Positions 63,423-64,000 of a stretch of 64,000 nucleotides of DNA are shown in pieces. Origin of the DNA: Escherichia phage Murica. The notes under the pieces are model-generated. The model made no database searches and was not told the DNA's origin. It saw nothing but the letters and a program-made list of their open reading frames with translations. Numbering within the stretch: position 1 is the stretch's first letter; every line of letters begins with the position of its first letter. Where the stretch lies: the sequence record NC_041871.1; one strand, 5' to 3'. Position numbers and translations under genes: made by a program.

Positions 63423-63464
63423 ATAGAAAAACTCGCTGTATCGCTTTGTAACGAGCTTTTCTAT
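63423..63464 (-). promoter_or_regulatory. long hairpin in the 5' leader of the 62824-63402 gene
   Basis: ATAGAAAA-A-CTCG … CGAG-C-TTTTCTAT: 8-bp plus 4-bp stem around a 16-nt loop. Confidence 0.4.
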
Positions 63465-63509
63465 CAAACTGGTGCGATTGCCTTACTTGGTATAGTTTAT
63501 ATGGCTGTG

Positions 63510-63750
63510 GAGCGATTTAGGGGCCTCATTGTCCGTTTCCACACATAAACTTTATCCAAACTCGCGCGGGAGGCTCTCAACCGACTCCTTACGGCGCTGG
63601 CAAGCTTTCGTCGGTGGTCCACATTAGTGCTCGGCCTTTGGCCTGCGCCGCTTCGCTCCCACACATGTTAACAGACCTGCATGTGTGCACTATGGAGGCC
63701 CGGCATCTCGCCCCTCGTAGGCGAGTGCCAATGAAGGGCCGACACTACCT
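63510..63750 (-). other. second GC-rich hairpin-dense noncoding island (candidate structured RNA or regulatory region)
   Basis: No ORF of 60 aa or more; hairpins at 63643-63653 (GGCC-TTT-GGCC), 63660-63687 (CACACATG … CATGTGTG, 8 bp), 63707-63725 (CTCGCC-CCTCGTA-GGCGAG). Confidence 0.35.
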
Positions 63751-63772
63751 ATAGAAAGTAATAAATTTAAAA

Positions 63773-63842
63773 CATGGTACTTAGGATCTAGTATATTCTA
63801 CATAAGTTAAGTATATGTACTTAGTACCATAAGTACTAGATC
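63773..63842. repeat. AT-rich cluster of short inverted and direct repeats
   Basis: GATCTAGTA at 63785-63793 and its reverse complement TACTAGATC at 63834-63842; GGTAC/GTACC; TACTTAG twice. Confidence 0.6.
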
Positions 63843-63884
63843 TTTTATTTTTTATTATTTAGTTATTTTAGTTATATTCTTTAT
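63843..63884. repeat. AT-rich tract with short direct repeats (AGTTATTTT x2), candidate DNA-unwinding or UP-like element
   Basis: Near-pure A/T run TTTTATTTTTTATTATTTAGTTATTTTAGTTATATTCTTTAT immediately beside the palindrome array. Confidence 0.5.
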
Positions 63885-63967
63885 GTGTCCGTATCACGGA
63901 CAGTTAGTGTCCGTATTACGGGCAGATGTGTCCGCGTGACGGACAGTGGTGTCCGTATCACGGACAG
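63885..63967. repeat. array of four 19-bp palindromic repeats at 21-22 bp spacing (candidate operator or iteron array)
   Basis: 63885-63903 GTGTCCGTATCACGGACAG; 63907-63925 GTGTCCGTATTACGGGCAG; 63928-63946 GTGTCCGCGTGACGGACAG; 63949-63967 GTGTCCGTATCACGGACAG. Core GTCCGT-N3-ACGGAC is a perfect inverted repeat in copies 1 and 4. Confidence 0.85.
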
Positions 63968-64000
63968 TTAATAGTTTCTGTTCCATGGTGAACATAAAAC

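Noticed and set aside
63885-63967. Possible CRISPR array (four direct repeats)
   Set aside because: Repeats are 19 bp at a 21-22 bp period, leaving essentially no spacers; each is an internal palindrome typical of a protein-binding site; no cas genes are present.
1-64000. rRNA genes, transposases, integrases or IS elements
   Set aside because: No ORF with recognisable DDE, tyrosine or serine recombinase motifs and no rRNA-like conserved stretches were seen on either strand.

Overview
This window looks like a 64-kb stretch of a large tailed dsDNA phage genome, most likely a contractile-tailed virulent phage of a Gram-negative, enterobacteria-like host; all calls are from reading the sequence and ORF track, with no database search. 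Three transcription blocks are visible: a minus-strand accessory block (1-6603), a plus-strand accessory block (6746-13714) leaving a divergent sigma70-like promoter pair at 6644-6714, and a long minus-strand structural/late block (13762-63402) that meets the plus block at a bidirectional terminator (13721-13748). The structural block reads, high to low coordinate: spanins, large terminase, portal, candidate protease, scaffold, major capsid, sheath, tube, tape measure, baseplate spike, then an unusually large tail-fiber region. A cluster of six canonical tRNAs plus one aberrant 99-nt tRNA-like element lies at 60714-61526. The most unusual signals are: (1) four 19-bp palindromic repeats at 21-22 bp spacing beside an AT-rich tract and GC-rich hairpin-dense noncoding islands (61990-62230, 63510-63750); (2) a GHKL-ATPase multidomain protein coupled to a secreted SleB-family hydrolase; (3) a MoxR-like AAA+ ATPase and a vWA/HExxH protein on opposite arms of the divergent promoter; (4) an exact 29-bp inverted repeat spanning the start region of two early genes; (5) a tandem array of four small paralogous genes. 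No integrase, transposase, CRISPR array or rRNA was found. Gene starts from the ORF track were trimmed where the longest ORF clearly overran a promoter, hairpin, tRNA or upstream gene.
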